From assembly GCA_965644265.1 (NCBI GenBank), contig OZ286463.1:105524001-105588000 (forward strand): a stretch of 64,000 bases of DNA. The letters run 5' to 3'. Positions 50,501-64,000 of this stretch are shown piece after piece. Both the position numbers and the translations under genes were made by a program. A model generated the notes under the pieces. It was not told the origin of the DNA. It made no database searches and saw only the letters and a program-made list of their open reading frames with translations. The DNA is from Glycera tridactyla. Taxonomy: Eukaryota. Position 1 is the stretch's first letter. Each line of letters begins with the position of its first letter.

Positions 50501-52384
50501 CAGGAAAGCACTACTTTCGTAACTGCATGGTATTTTCAATACTACTGTTTTCGCAATCAGGAATGTGTCTCTGTAGTCGGTAGTCCATGGAGCGACTCAC
50601 TTCAGGGAGGCTGTCATGTCTGTAGAGTTGTTGTACTCACGATATCATTTGAACTTTTGCCTGAGGTTCTCGGAAATTATCTATGTTGTGTTTCATTAGG
50701 TGTGATTCTCGGAAGATGGGAGTTTTGAATGATCCAACGCATTCCGTATTGAATCGAGGTTTCAATATAGCCTGATCGGTCCCATGCACAACCAACTAGT
50801 CATCGTCCATATGATATTTCAATTAGTCCTAGCCGACATTGCCTCCAAATCGAGACTATGGTACAGTTGATAATCATGCAGGTATGTGTGACTGGATGAT
50901 TACATTATGAGCAGAATGATGGGTTTGGCAGAATGTCTCACTAGGTCCTGTCTTTGATAGTCACATTGACTTCATTCGAAAGACCTCATGCAGCGTTTCT
51001 CGAGATCATAACTTCTGACTCATTCTCTGCTCCAATGTCAACAACGTTTGCCATCCCACTAGAGGCAATGGCGTTCTCTATCAGCGATGGAGGTCAGGGA
51101 TGTCGGCAGAGACCTCTGACTCGACATAGAAATGTTTCCACTGTTACTCTGTGATGAAAGACTGGTGGACTGACCCAGTGCATGGCTAGGGGAGACTTAT
51201 TGCTCGAGTAGTAAATGCATTTTTGCAGTTCGTAGAAATAAACACTGCATGTTCCAATCCGTAAAACTAGGTGTGTGGACCTACATATTGAGTAGTTAAT
51301 GCATTTTCGGGTCATTTTGGCTGGTGCAAAGCCAATCTACATTGAAGAAGCTCACATTTGCAGGCATTACATTCATACATCAGCCTCAGAAAATATGAAA
51401 GACACATTTTGATGCGAAATAATTTGACCTTTGATTTCTTCCTTTTGCTACAAAAATGAGAAATACCATACTGATGATTATGCATGATGCACATATCCAT
51501 ACCAAGTATGAAACAGATGATGCAGTTTTGGTATCACGCCAGGCTTGGGTAGGAAATATACATGAAAAATATAATTACGTTGCCATGGCGACGAGTCAGG
51601 TGTTGATGACTACCAATCGAATTCAGCATCAGCAGTTACAAGATTAGTATGGGGCTGATCTGGAAAAAGTGTGATAAGCTGCGCTTTCGATAGAACAATA
51701 GGGTAATCTTGGTATATCTAGCCCTATTCATGGATATCAGGAGTTATCGAAAATTTGCATTAGTTAATCAAGGTATCCTCAATCATGCCAGCAATATACT
51801 TTGTTTTCAGGATCCGTTATCTGATTAGCAAATTGTCGAAGTCACGAAAGAGGTCTCTGAGGTTTGGCATGAGTACGTGATTGCATCTGCAGGGATTATC
51901 GATCTAGTGCCCATGCGGACACATCGCAATGTGTACTTCACACTGGCACATTCATTCACCTAACATTTCTGGCAGGTCATGAACCACTTATGGGAAATTC
52001 AAGGGGCAGGGGGTTTTACTGTAAACATTCAAATTTGGCGGTGGAAGTGCATCAATAATACCTCATTTTTCGTATTTCTGTCGACTTGGTATTCGTGTTT
52101 CACTTGGAGAGATTACAGGGAAATCAATTCGGCTTGTCATCATATAGAGGCTGGAATCAACGCAGTGTGGTTCATGGTATCAGACATAGATTTGATCAGC
52201 TGACAAATGACATGATCTGATAACGCGGGGGATTAACTATTGACTTCCAGAATAAAGCATTAGGTAACATATCTGCTACGATTGCAGCCTCATGATCAGT
52301 CATGGTTCTGCAGTCGTCAGCATGGCGCTGTTTCGCAAGCAGTTATGAAGATAATAACAAGGCGTACGACAGTGCAATAGTGAT

Positions 52385-52409
52385 GAATATAATGATGATG
52401 ATGATGAAT

Positions 52410-52446
<37 letters not shown>

Positions 52447-52470
52447 CGATGATGATGATGATGATGATGG
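52385..52470. repeat. (GAT)n microsatellite; similar (GAT/GAC)n at 53075-53150
   Basis: Read directly from the sequence. Confidence 0.97.
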
Positions 52471-55400
52471 CTGCTCTCGATAGAGGGTGGAGATGATGGC
52501 CTGAAATACTGAAATAATGATTTACTGATTAGGGGGTCATGAATGAGAATCTTACGTGAAGGAGCTATGTGGCTCCTCGTTATCATGGTGATGGAAATCA
52601 TCATAATGAGCAGCTCCGGATGTTGGTGTCCAGTTACACTTCTGACGCCCGTAGGCATGGGAACAATTCATAAAAATATGAAGAGGAAGCAGGGACGCTA
52701 GATCATGAGATGGCATTCAGGGAAGTCAGGTATCAACATAGATCCATTACACCAGAGGCATGATGATAACAAGAATATTATTGCAAATTGGAGCCTAGTG
52801 GCTCATCGTAGATTGGTATTACTCCCACCGATGTGATCACGTTTATCACATAATTAGAAGTGAACCATTTTTTCTGCTTGGAGTACGCAAATAGAAGGCA
52901 GTGACGAACGTCGAATAGTCCACAGAGGCCACTCCATCCTCTTCTGATATTGAATACCATAGGATTGAATGAGACAAACACACGGTACCACCAACTCAAT
53001 AAATTGCGGAGTATTGTTACCTTCAGGCATGCCGTTATCTCAAAGGTATTTTCGTAGAAAGGAAAATTTCAACTGATGATGACGACGACGACGACGACGA
53101 CTATAACGATGGTGATGATGATCATGATGATGATGTTGATGATGATGATGTGTACACTAGACCCATATGCCTGCATTTGTAGGGTTGTATGTAACATGCA
53201 AGTTGACACGCCCAATCTGAGAGCGTCAATACCGGGACATGATTTAGGTTGGCGCAGAAGTCATCGGTGAGAGCCAAGCTCGAGATGGTTCTTGAAAGGG
53301 CGGAGTCATGAGATTTATGTTTGGAGTTACATATCACCGTCCTCTTTCAAGACATATGTTTCTAGGAAAGCAAATATTTGTGATATATATGAAACCCAGC
53401 CTATAGCTTCGAGGTAGTATTCTCACAAACTCATCCTGTATTTTGTTACCAATGCTACTGCCAACCTGTCACTATGAATATGAAAGGACTAAAATTGTTG
53501 ATGTCATGAACTACTATTGTGTTGAATGTCATGACCCGATTGTAATACGTGAAATGGTATCTATGTAATGTCAACCTCTGAGGGGGAGATGTATCAGGGA
53601 TACACTCCCAAGGAAAGAATAAAAGGTTTGAAGCCTTTTGAAGCCTTTTTGAAGCCAAGTACAGAAAATGAAAGACATCGGCCCAAGCGTCAGTCTTGCT
53701 CGCCCTTTTCAACTGCCGACGAGAAAGGTCGAGATCCAGTCAATACATAGTCGGTGCTCACCGCAGCTATCACAGACGGCAGTAACAGGCAGCTTGAAAT
53801 TGTTCACAAATTGGTTGACAATGGTGATGGTATTTGCGCGGCAATCTTTCCTGGATGTGAGTTATGAGACATTTCAAGTGGGCCATCCATCAGAACTGCC
53901 ACCAGAGATGTAATGAGCCTCCGACGTTCCTGCACTTCTCGCGTCATGGTCTTTGTTTGATGGCACTCATTGAGTTTTTAACAGATGTACTTGTGGGAAT
54001 ATTATGTGCTGGCATGCAAGTTCAAAAGATATTAGAGAACAATCATTGACTAATACGCTGATTCCTTCGTCGATCGATTGATTGATCGGTAGGTTGAATG
54101 TTACATATGTTGTATGTTTGCTGGCTGATGGATATATTGATTGTTCATTTCGTGATCTATTGACAGGGTTGAGTGAGCGTTGAAGTGCCGAACGTTCCCA
54201 GGCTAGATTTTACCGACTTGCTTGAGTTTGATAGCATTCATGGGTTTGGGGGGGGGGATCACAATCTCAGAAACTTGCGACGCACTCTACACTGTCATGT
54301 AATCTTGGCCTTTTACAGTTAAATAGAACTATCCTGAAATTGTCAGGAACCAATTTTTTCATCAATAGTGGTCGACTCTCGAATAGGTTGCTACTTGGAA
54401 TTCGTTCCTCGGCAACATTGACGGCTCACCAAGAACAAATTAAAATTTGAGTTCTATAATGCGAAGAAACAAGAACAGTCGGCGGAGAGCTTCTATTTTC
54501 GAAAAACTTCCATTTGGCTTGGCGTTCAGGCGTCAGTTCGAAGGCCGCAACGTTCATTGGGCCAACAATTTGACGTTGCCTCATGAGATAAATGATGTTC
54601 AGTATAGTCAACACTACTGTGTGCTTATCCACCTACCGCTCTGTCTTACTTTAACTCGTAGCTGAAAAACCCAATGTGTATTTGCAGTATCGCACAGTAT
54701 CAAATAGCACTTTCTATCTTGCCTTGACTTATCATCATTGTCACATATGAATCTATGATCAGTCTTACTCAACGAGCACTAGCTGGTGGTGCCTACTCCT
54801 GCATTACACTACATCATAGTAGAGCAGAAATACTGTATATTTAGCTACAATACTGTCACACCCCATACTTGAAGGTAAATAGAGATGTTATGTATTCGTA
54901 GTATCATACAGATTCATACGGCTGATGAGATTTCGCCTTGTGTTATTTGCATAGCAATGAAAGTCCCCCTGAACGCACACTAGCTGGTAATGCTCACCTA
55001 TCACTGCATGTAGCTAGATTCAAGAACGTGTCTATCAAGGTCACTGATCCTAACTTGGTCGTGAGTGTCAGTCCCGGGAAAGCCTTATACATATTGCCTA
55101 TTTTATGAAATATATTTTCAATGGTATCATATAGTCTGCTGAAGGCCTTATCTTATGCCACTATATTGTAGTTCTCTTATACTTATATTCCTTCGCAATT
55201 GTATAATAATTGTTCAGATGAGTGTTACATGTTATCATGATGTGTTCCTAACACTATAAGTCTGTGTATTGCATTCAGTTTATAGGTTGTTATATCTGTC
55301 GATGCTCAAGGGAAATATATGGTCATTTGGACATTCTAATTTCAATGCTCGGATGATCTGTACCTTTCTGGCATCACTTTCAAGTATACTGGTCCTGAGA

Positions 55401-58400
55401 CCAAAACCAAGTATTCTACATTTCGAAAACACATATGTACGTCTAACATATAAGTGATAAACCTGTTGATGTCATGTCAAATTTCGTACAATGGGACTTG
55501 TAAGAAGCCAGCACAGTGTAGAGTAATTCCTGTCCTAAGCCACCGCATTCCGATCCCTCCCAGTATATCTCAGTTCGAATGACCCGTATTGAGCAACCAC
55601 CTTTTTCAAGCACCCACATCTTGAATTACCGAAGGGAAAGTTCTTTCACGGGTCCTACTGTGATTGGCCAAAAGCTGACAATCAGGCCCTGGGTAGCATA
55701 GTCTCCGCGTTCTGAACAACTCATATAAAATCCTATTTGTAGAATTTCCAGGCAAGAAATCGACTTTTCTTGTTCTGCGTTCAATTCGAGGACGATGTCC
55801 ATATTGGAGTTTGATAAGCAGCTTGATGCTTGACCTTTCCTCAAGTATCTATCTGGCACACGCAGCAATATTGGATATGTATTATCACTGCTGATCTTTC
55901 AACTATGATGCCAATAAAAATGTTGTATATAACACTTAACCACTCCAATACAGTGAAATCGAATAGCCTTCTGGTGAGAAGGGTATTTAGTCAAGCCATC
56001 ATAGTATGACATATATCAATATCTCATAGAGGAATCATCCCTTTGTTTGGAATATGATGATGATGTGAGTATTGATCCTCAATTGTTCCTATCTACTTTT
56101 TGATGAATTGCATAAAGACAGTCTCTATCAAGTGTGTATTGGCTACGGTGCTCCCATTATCTAAACAGTTGGCATTGACATAACATCCCTTCATTGAAAT
56201 TTCCCAATAGTGATTGATTGGTATATGACATCGAGAAAAATGTACACAATCCTATTTTTTCCCGTCATTTTCCCCCAGAGGCATGATGTACGTATGGTAC
56301 ACTTGATTGACGAACTCGAAATACAGAAAACTTCGGAAAATGACTGTCAGTAGCATTGAAGTTTCATGCAGCTTGGGAATGATATTTATGTGCACGATTG
56401 TGCTGACATTTCTCGGAATATCTAAGTCACACAGGCGGGTCTGTGGATGGCTATTTTCTACACTTGGACGCCTATTCTCCATAAAGTGTGAGTGGGCAGT
56501 TGGCTGCTATCATTGAAGGGCTACTGTGCGTAAAATGTTGCCTAGATGCATGCCAGAATACTGGTGTAAACCGAATATGAGACCCAGCTGACATGTAATA
56601 AGACAACATCCATTCTGTCTGAGACCAAGTCATGCCTGAATGAAAGATAGCGTGATGGTCTCTCGAGTCTCAGGGCTTCCGCAGATCTGACAATAAACAT
56701 GGTTATTCTGGTTATATGGTAATGTCCATGGATTCGATGTCAGTGACAGACCGGCTCATTCATCTTTCAATAATAACATCTAGGAACCATTCTCAGTTTC
56801 CCCCCGGTAATGCATCCGGACTATTGTGTGATGATAGTAAGCCTCACATATGAATATAAGTTATAGTTCTAATGGATGTATAATTGACCCTCAGATAGAT
56901 TGTCATATATCTGCCTCATCATCGGGATTCAATGATGAGAGCTGATCTAACTATTCAGCTGATCTGAGTATGACGAATATATTCTAACTGTCTCGCCCTG
57001 CAACGAAGCTATGAGCCAATGGATCGGATCTTACAGGATAGATGCAGTGATATCTTCACGGGCTCTCAAGAGATCCCACACATTGTCACCACTCTAAATT
57101 GACTCCAAATTGGACCATAGCGTTTGTTAGCTATGTTTGTCATCATTGGTCTGGTCAAAGGAGTATTCGCACTATTAGCATCGAAACATCATAGGACGAA
57201 TAATGAACCTTGTCACACCAGGAATCATGAGATATGAAGGTATTTTACTCTCGTACATCACACATTTATCACGAATCCGTCGACATCATCTGGCTCGGAT
57301 CATGAATGGAAGCATGACAATAAACGCCTACCATCCCAGCAATAAAACCTCGTCAAATCGACATTATCGAGATCAGATTGTGTCAGCTGGAGTCAATAAA
57401 GCGTGCGAGCCTTTTCACATCATTTCTATGAATATAGAACAAAACACGTGCAGCCGAACCAGTCCATGAATATCATACTTGTTTGTTGAAAAATATAGTG
57501 TTTGTTGACATGTGAGCTCTGGTTGGTGTTGTGCATTGTGGAAAGGTTCGTTAAAGTGCGTTCACAGGTCATAGATGAAGATCAATAAAGAATCTATGTT
57601 CGTATGGTTCGAATGGTATATGTTTTGTATCGACTGTGAGCAGGGCTCTTGCTGGGATGGGTGACCAAAATAAACAAGGGTCACTTTTCAAGACTGGGCC
57701 CGCATCATTACACTGATCCATTTGATCTGCGCTTCTCTTTGAGGAAGATTCTCTGTGTGGAGGTAACTGGGGGAAATCTTCGTACTACACCACTCCACTT
57801 CATCCAGGTGTGAATGGGTACTGGGACAACGGTGATGGTAATTCGGTGTTCGTGGTTGAATACTCCACTAGGAGATGGGAAAGGTCTTAGCTTGAATGAG
57901 CCTGCCAAAGAATGGAGTTGTGAGTTCGGGTGACCCTCGTATGAACTCAAGAGTGAGAACCACTATTTATGTACATTCACATTTGATGGGACAAGCGAGA
58001 CTGTATGATGTTTCGGAATTGCAACTCCGGCTTATGTGAGTGACGGAAGTCTGGCGTTTTGTGGGAAGTTTCAGCTAGAATATACCAGTGGTCAGGATTT
58101 GTGGAGAAAGCTGGTGATGTAGAAGCGTGTATTCCGGTGGCGGGGCCGTTTGCCTGACGTTTCATGTGAGGAGTTGCATTCACATGGGCCAAGTCCAGCA
58201 CCACTCATCACTGTAATTGTCTGCTTGACTAGCGCCGCCATCAAGAGGATACTGTCAATTAGGTGATAGGCCACTGCCACCTGCTGATTACTGCCAACTT
58301 CCACACTCCACCAAGGTTTGGCCGGCATGATGAATCCCTTCACCACTATCCAAGCCCAAGTGACGCCAACCAGATACCAAATTGTAGATGCGTCAACTCA

Positions 58401-60004
58401 AGTATACAAACCTCAGTGACGCCAGTTATCAAATTATGGATTCATCTACCCGGAATGACCGCCTGACTCCAAATATTGCCTGACTTCGAATATTGTAGAT
58501 CAGTTCAGTCAGTCAGGAATTGTTCGGAATTGTCCTTCATCATATCATGAAATTGTATTTAGTTCACATTTTGAATGACAAGTGAACATCAGCTTACTCA
58601 CCACATATGTCTTTTTCTGTTTTGACCGGGTATTTATCTCATTCAGCTAGCATTGTGGTTTTGTACTTGGTTCCCTCGGCATACATATATCGTACTCATG
58701 AGACGGGAATGAGTATGTTTTATCCTGTTTCAGTTATTGATGCCAGCAGCGTACCCCGGGCGTAGTATATGTGCGTGTTGAAGGGTCATGAGTGAATGGT
58801 GATATCGACGTATAAATTATCAGATGGAGTGCTACAAAAACTATACGAATAGATGTAGGTGTACATGTACGTATGTGGGTGTGTATGTGAATATATGTTA
58901 TATAAAAATGAAGGATTGGTGATATTTGAAACTTGTGGATACATATATGTACAAGACCTCTTCACCAACAAGCCATAATCGCTTTTTTCGAATATCTGTG
59001 AATTTCTGTTGTATACAGATTATTATCTCATATATGTTCAGTCTTACTACTCGTATGGGCAGAGAAAACCTTCATTTGGGTGATTGCAAAATCTAAAAAT
59101 GTTTGGATCTCCATAATTCGAATCAACAGATCATCCCAAAATCGAATCCTTGGATACGACTACCGAACAACTCAATCGATGTTGGCTATCCATTTTGCTA
59201 CCCCATTCTGGCACTGAGCTAAAAAAAAAAAACCGTATCATCTGCACGTAGCACGACTTTGCTGTATTCTAGCATTCTCGGTAGGTCCTCCGTATGATTG
59301 CTAGACACCTTTATTGATCACTTCCATCCTCAGGGGTATGACCGAATTGAGGCGATAATGTGCGATCTCTTGTACATGATTTCCAGCTATTCCTATTTAC
59401 ATTATCTTGACTTCCATCGGATTCAGCTTACTGGCGTGATGGAGAAGATGCCATTATAACCCATATCTTCCTATCAGGTATGTTGCAAGATAGATCGTAC
59501 ATTGACACATGACTATCAACTGTATTGCTGGAATCATTGCCGGAGAACAACATGTTGTTGACTGCCAGCACCTTTACAGTGGAGATATAAGATTGCATAA
59601 GCGCTTAGGTAACGGTCTCCCACGATCACCCCACCACAGGGGAATTGTTTTGATCTATTATATGATGATCGATACCCGCATGTGTAATACTTCCGTGACA
59701 GTAAGACGCTTTGGCCTTGGCTGCCGTAACTGTATGTATCATGTCAGGTTCGTATCATTCATGTTCTGAACGGAGGAATTATCCCGCACAGAGCGAAAGT
59801 GTGCAATACCCGATATTATGCCAGGCTATCAAATAAAGAATGATAAATTCACCAGCAGCTTTTAGGACCTATACTGGTGGTGATAATGTCATGGCATATT
59901 ATTGGAATATGCCAATGCTCATTGCCTGCTCCATTGGATCGATACCATTCAACTTGTTGATATTGTTTTAGATATTGTCTTATCAGTGAATGGTATCAAC
60001 CGTT

Positions 60005-60140
60005 CTCCTTCCTCCCTCTCTATCTCTCGCTCTGTCGTTCTCTCCTTATTCTCTCTCTGCCTCTCTTTCTTTCTCTCTCTCTTCCTCTCTCTGTCCCTGT
60101 TTCTCTCTCTCCCCCTCTCTCCACTGCCTCCTCTCTCTTT
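60005..60140. repeat. Degenerate (CT)n microsatellite; similar at 9625-9725
   Basis: Read directly from the sequence. Confidence 0.95.
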
Positions 60141-63100
60141 CTGTATCGGCGGGTGATCATGTAGGTACTATACATCTCATGGCTTTTATCCACGATCATT
60201 CTCAATGCCCTTGTCAATATTCGCACTGTGGTGGTGGTGATGGTTGGAGGGGGGGGGGGGGAGGCGAATGAAGGTTTGGCATTGTAATGTTAGTTGTGAC
60301 ATAATGCAATGCCGTAATGAACGATCACATACCATATAACACTGACACACTTTCCATCGATAATTGACATACTAAGAGTGTATCAGGTGCCAAAGTCGAT
60401 TCACAACCTGGAAGCACTTTGAACATTCTCAGTTGGCAAGTAATCTCTGTGTCACGAGCTCTGGGGTTTGACAATGACGGTACAGTAGCACCGGGTATCA
60501 TCTGTCCACACCAGTATCTCCCTCTCACATCACTTTACTATCTCCTCGGAAATACGCTATGGTAGCATATGAACAACTCTATACCCAGTGAAACATGAAC
60601 CCTGATGAGTGTGGAGAGATAGGGTGATGAAGCTCGCCGGTTGCATTGCCATTACTTGCAGAGTGACTTCATGGGAAACGTGTTCAGGCATATGTTCCTC
60701 CATGATGAACCAATTTCTTGTAGACAGAATGTGGGCGATAATATAGGTTTTTCTTCTATTTTAGTAGATATGTGAGAGCTCTGTACTATACATCCTAATA
60801 ACATCTTTGTGTGGGTAGGTAATCTTCTGAAGGCAGTAACAGTGATATCATATGGCATGCGGTTTATTTTTCAGTTTGAATTCTATCTACGTTCTTCCGA
60901 CCTTCTTGGTCTATATCGAACTGAATAAAAACGAAAATGCAGTCGGGGCAACCCCTACCCTTCGCGAAGAAAAACGGTTTTTTTTTCACTCTCATACAGT
61001 GGTAGACACCCAAACACGGTCGGCCTCCGATAACAAAGTCGGCATGCACTGGGTGCAGATGACTTTCCAATGATTGTTAATCCTTTAGAGGTATCAAGTT
61101 CTCATGAAATGGAAATGTATGAACTGTGAATACATTTTGCAAATAAAGTATTTATGTAGTCTTTATGAAGCCTTTTATGAAGCTTTATGAAACAGTTGCC
61201 ACAAACATCTGACAACAATCGAAAGACTGCAGCTGAGCGAGAAATAGTCTTTCCAGGTGTTCAGTTGAATTAATGGTGGAATATTTGGAGGAAGCCCTTT
61301 TCGTTTTTTGGCACAAGGTTGATGATTTTTGGTATAGATTGCTTCAATTGCCGATTTAATCAACTTTCGAGGTAGGTGAAATTAATCTGGCACATCAGAT
61401 TAGATGCAGCTACCTTGAAGTTAATTGATATAATTTCAGATAATTGAGATGTTATTAACAGCTCATGAAGGGTAGAAAATTCATCGAAGTCTCGACGATT
61501 CACTATCAATCCTTCATGCTATCTGCTCGTAGCTTACAGCAATGACAAGATCAAATCGTTTTGGTCTCCGGCCCGAGATCTGACTTTTGTGAATCAAATC
61601 ATGTTAATTGTACTCCATCATCTATTACTTTCATTGCCCACCTTTCTCTCTTTCGTAGAGCTACTGTACTTCGTCCTTCTTGTGCTCCACTCTGCCATGC
61701 TCTGCTACTCTTGTTCGACTACTCCTCTTGCTTGTTTGTCAGCTCGTTTGTATGAGAATAATAACGAGGAATAATATATGAAGCTTATTCACTTGATGAG
61801 CATCTCATTGTTCCTACGGCATCGTCATACAATATTGTGAGCTTTATAATGTTAGCATTGATTCTGTTATCATCTTATATACGAGACATGATAATTATCA
61901 CCCTGCTTCTCTGATATCTCCCTGTACAGTATGCGAGAGTTAGTATTGATGATATATGCATTATGCCGTATACTAGAAACAGTAACCATCCTCCTCCTTC
62001 TGCGATACCCCCACTGTAAAGCAGTCTATCATCGGTGCTGGATATATCATCTGCATGTTTCTGTGATATCTCCATGTAATGTTGCATGAGAAAGTTGGTA
62101 TTGATATTGCATGCATCATCTTACATACAAGACAAGCTAATCATCTCCCTGATGCAGTGATGTCTATCTGGGATACTACATGAGGGAGATATTATTGATG
62201 ATGTCTAGTCATCTTACATACCAGACAAGATAATCATCTCCATGTTTCTGTGAGATCACTTCCCCATGAGAAATACCAGGGCGCGTGTCATCGTAACCCG
62301 CATACTGATCGAATGTCGTGTAGGCGATTGTCTGTGTAGGCAGTGGAATATTCGAACCTGCTGTCCTCAGTCACTAAAGCAAATATTTATTGTCATGAAG
62401 TAAAAACCTAAGATCAAACGAGGTGTGAATTTTGCTGGATGTCATAAGGCCAAAGGTCGAAAGCATCCAGTCATAATCAAACCGAGTTCGGTATCGCATT
62501 ACCTCACGGCCATATATTCCCGCTTCTATCACATGGATTAGAAGGTTATCATCGAAAAGTAGATCTCAACAAGCTGTAAAGTTTCACACGCCATACTCAA
62601 CACCTGATACTTCACTGAAAATGTCACATTCATGTGATGAAATGTTTCTATGTTAGGGTGTCTGATGATGAGGTTTGATACAACGAACTGTGGATTTATC
62701 ATATACACACGGAGGCATCCACTTTCTCTTCTCTATCTGCACAGACTCAATGCTGGGCATTGGTTAGTTGGGGCGTGTATTCAATACGCGCAGAAGCTGC
62801 CGAGCTCGCTCTATTTATTGGACTATCGGAAAAAGGCAAGGTGGCGTGGAGGGGATATTTACTACCTTGTATAACCTGGGTCTGCGAGCCAAGCTGGAGG
62901 GATTCCCTAGATAATTTGCAGGACGGCCAAGGTTAGTCCGGGATAATGGTCACCAGTCTCTCATTCGATAACATTGACAGGGAATATCGAATTGACCATG
63001 GGAACACTTTCACATCTCCATTTTTAACGGAAAGCAATGAGCACCGTACACGCAATAAGTTTTTGAGAATATGCTTGGCCAAAACTTTAATGACATGATC

Positions 63101-64000
63101 ATCGATTCGATCTTTTGCCAAAAATCCCACGATTTGTACACTCTCGTCGACGTTTGAATAATCTGGAATGATCTTTCTTATATTTGTCTATCATCTGACG
63201 TGTCAGACGTCTTCATCTATCAGGCAATCGAAGCGAGCCAGCCAACTGATCACATTTTCATACTCATGACCAAACAACGGGGCTCTCGCAGATAGATGCA
63301 CAGGTCGATCACTGTCCCGTGGGACTGAATGACAGGTTCACCAAGCGAAATGCGATCGATTCTATTGAATTTTAAGCATTGCTGCGCCTATACCAGATAA
63401 AGTATGTACTGGCAGTTATTTTCTGGGATTACCTCTACTGAGGTAGCACTCTCAGAGCGTGGTATTACTGGTGATCGAAGTCTTCATACAAGAACGCCCT
63501 AGTCCAGGACTCAAGTCATTGACAGTTCATCTTGGAGGGCATGCATTTTTGAAACATGTTCTGATGAATCGAATACGTGTCTATGCAATACTCCTCTAGA
63601 ACGACAAACAATTCATCATTCCACAGTTGGAACTGCCCGAGACCATTTTGGTGAAGACGCTTTATGCCTACAAAGACCACCCGAATGATTGATTGTTTTC
63701 AGCATATGCAATCTGTCAACAAATGCCTGTTTTCCACATTGGAAACGGGGTTTTTCTGTGAACATCTCTAACCGTATTCATGGCATCACAAAATGTTTTC
63801 GCCAACTCGATGCTATTTCTCATGATCGTCTTGTCATATCTACCGCGAGGAAACAGTATGACCTCGAAAACTATACGAGATATCACGGGCAACAGTTGCT
63901 GGAATACGGCTCTTTAGGAAGGTCGTGTCAAGCAATCAATTGAGGAGGGGGCAGGATCTGTCGGGATAATCCAGTAGGAGAGGATTTATAGTAACACTTG

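Noticed and set aside
58092-58346. KPWWSVEVG resembling an F-type lectin motif
   Set aside because: The flanking lectin motifs (HT, NRxD, GRYV, LCEV) are absent and no splice structure is evident.

Overview
AT-rich, gene-poor metazoan genomic DNA from a draft scaffold with six N gaps; an invertebrate, probably lophotrochozoan, origin is an inference. The only clear host gene is a minus-strand class A peptide GPCR with an intronless ORF (FMRFamide-receptor-like, 37374-38624). Most of 10.2-27.7 kb is a head-to-tail tandem duplication. Each copy carries a 93-bp minisatellite array and two decayed tail-to-tail LINEs, and the copies differ by insertions. Copy A holds a 4.8-kb DNA transposon with 21-bp TIRs and a 6-bp TSD (IS3EU-like), which itself contains a CR1-type RT fragment and a MITE. 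Copy B holds a 1.5-kb CACTA-like insertion. Further 5'-truncated LINE pieces lie at about 42-43 kb and 44.6-46.1 kb. The most striking feature is a near-perfect 1029-bp palindrome at 46504-47532. Each arm carries an outward-facing CCAAT-CCAAT-TATA-Inr promoter whose predicted start site falls at the first nucleotides of a minimal type I hammerhead ribozyme (CUGAUGA...GAAAC-UA-GUC). This resembles an inverted pair of Penelope-like pseudo-LTRs or a retrozyme-like unit with no ORF. No rRNA, tRNA or CRISPR features were supported. All alignments and coordinates were done by eye.
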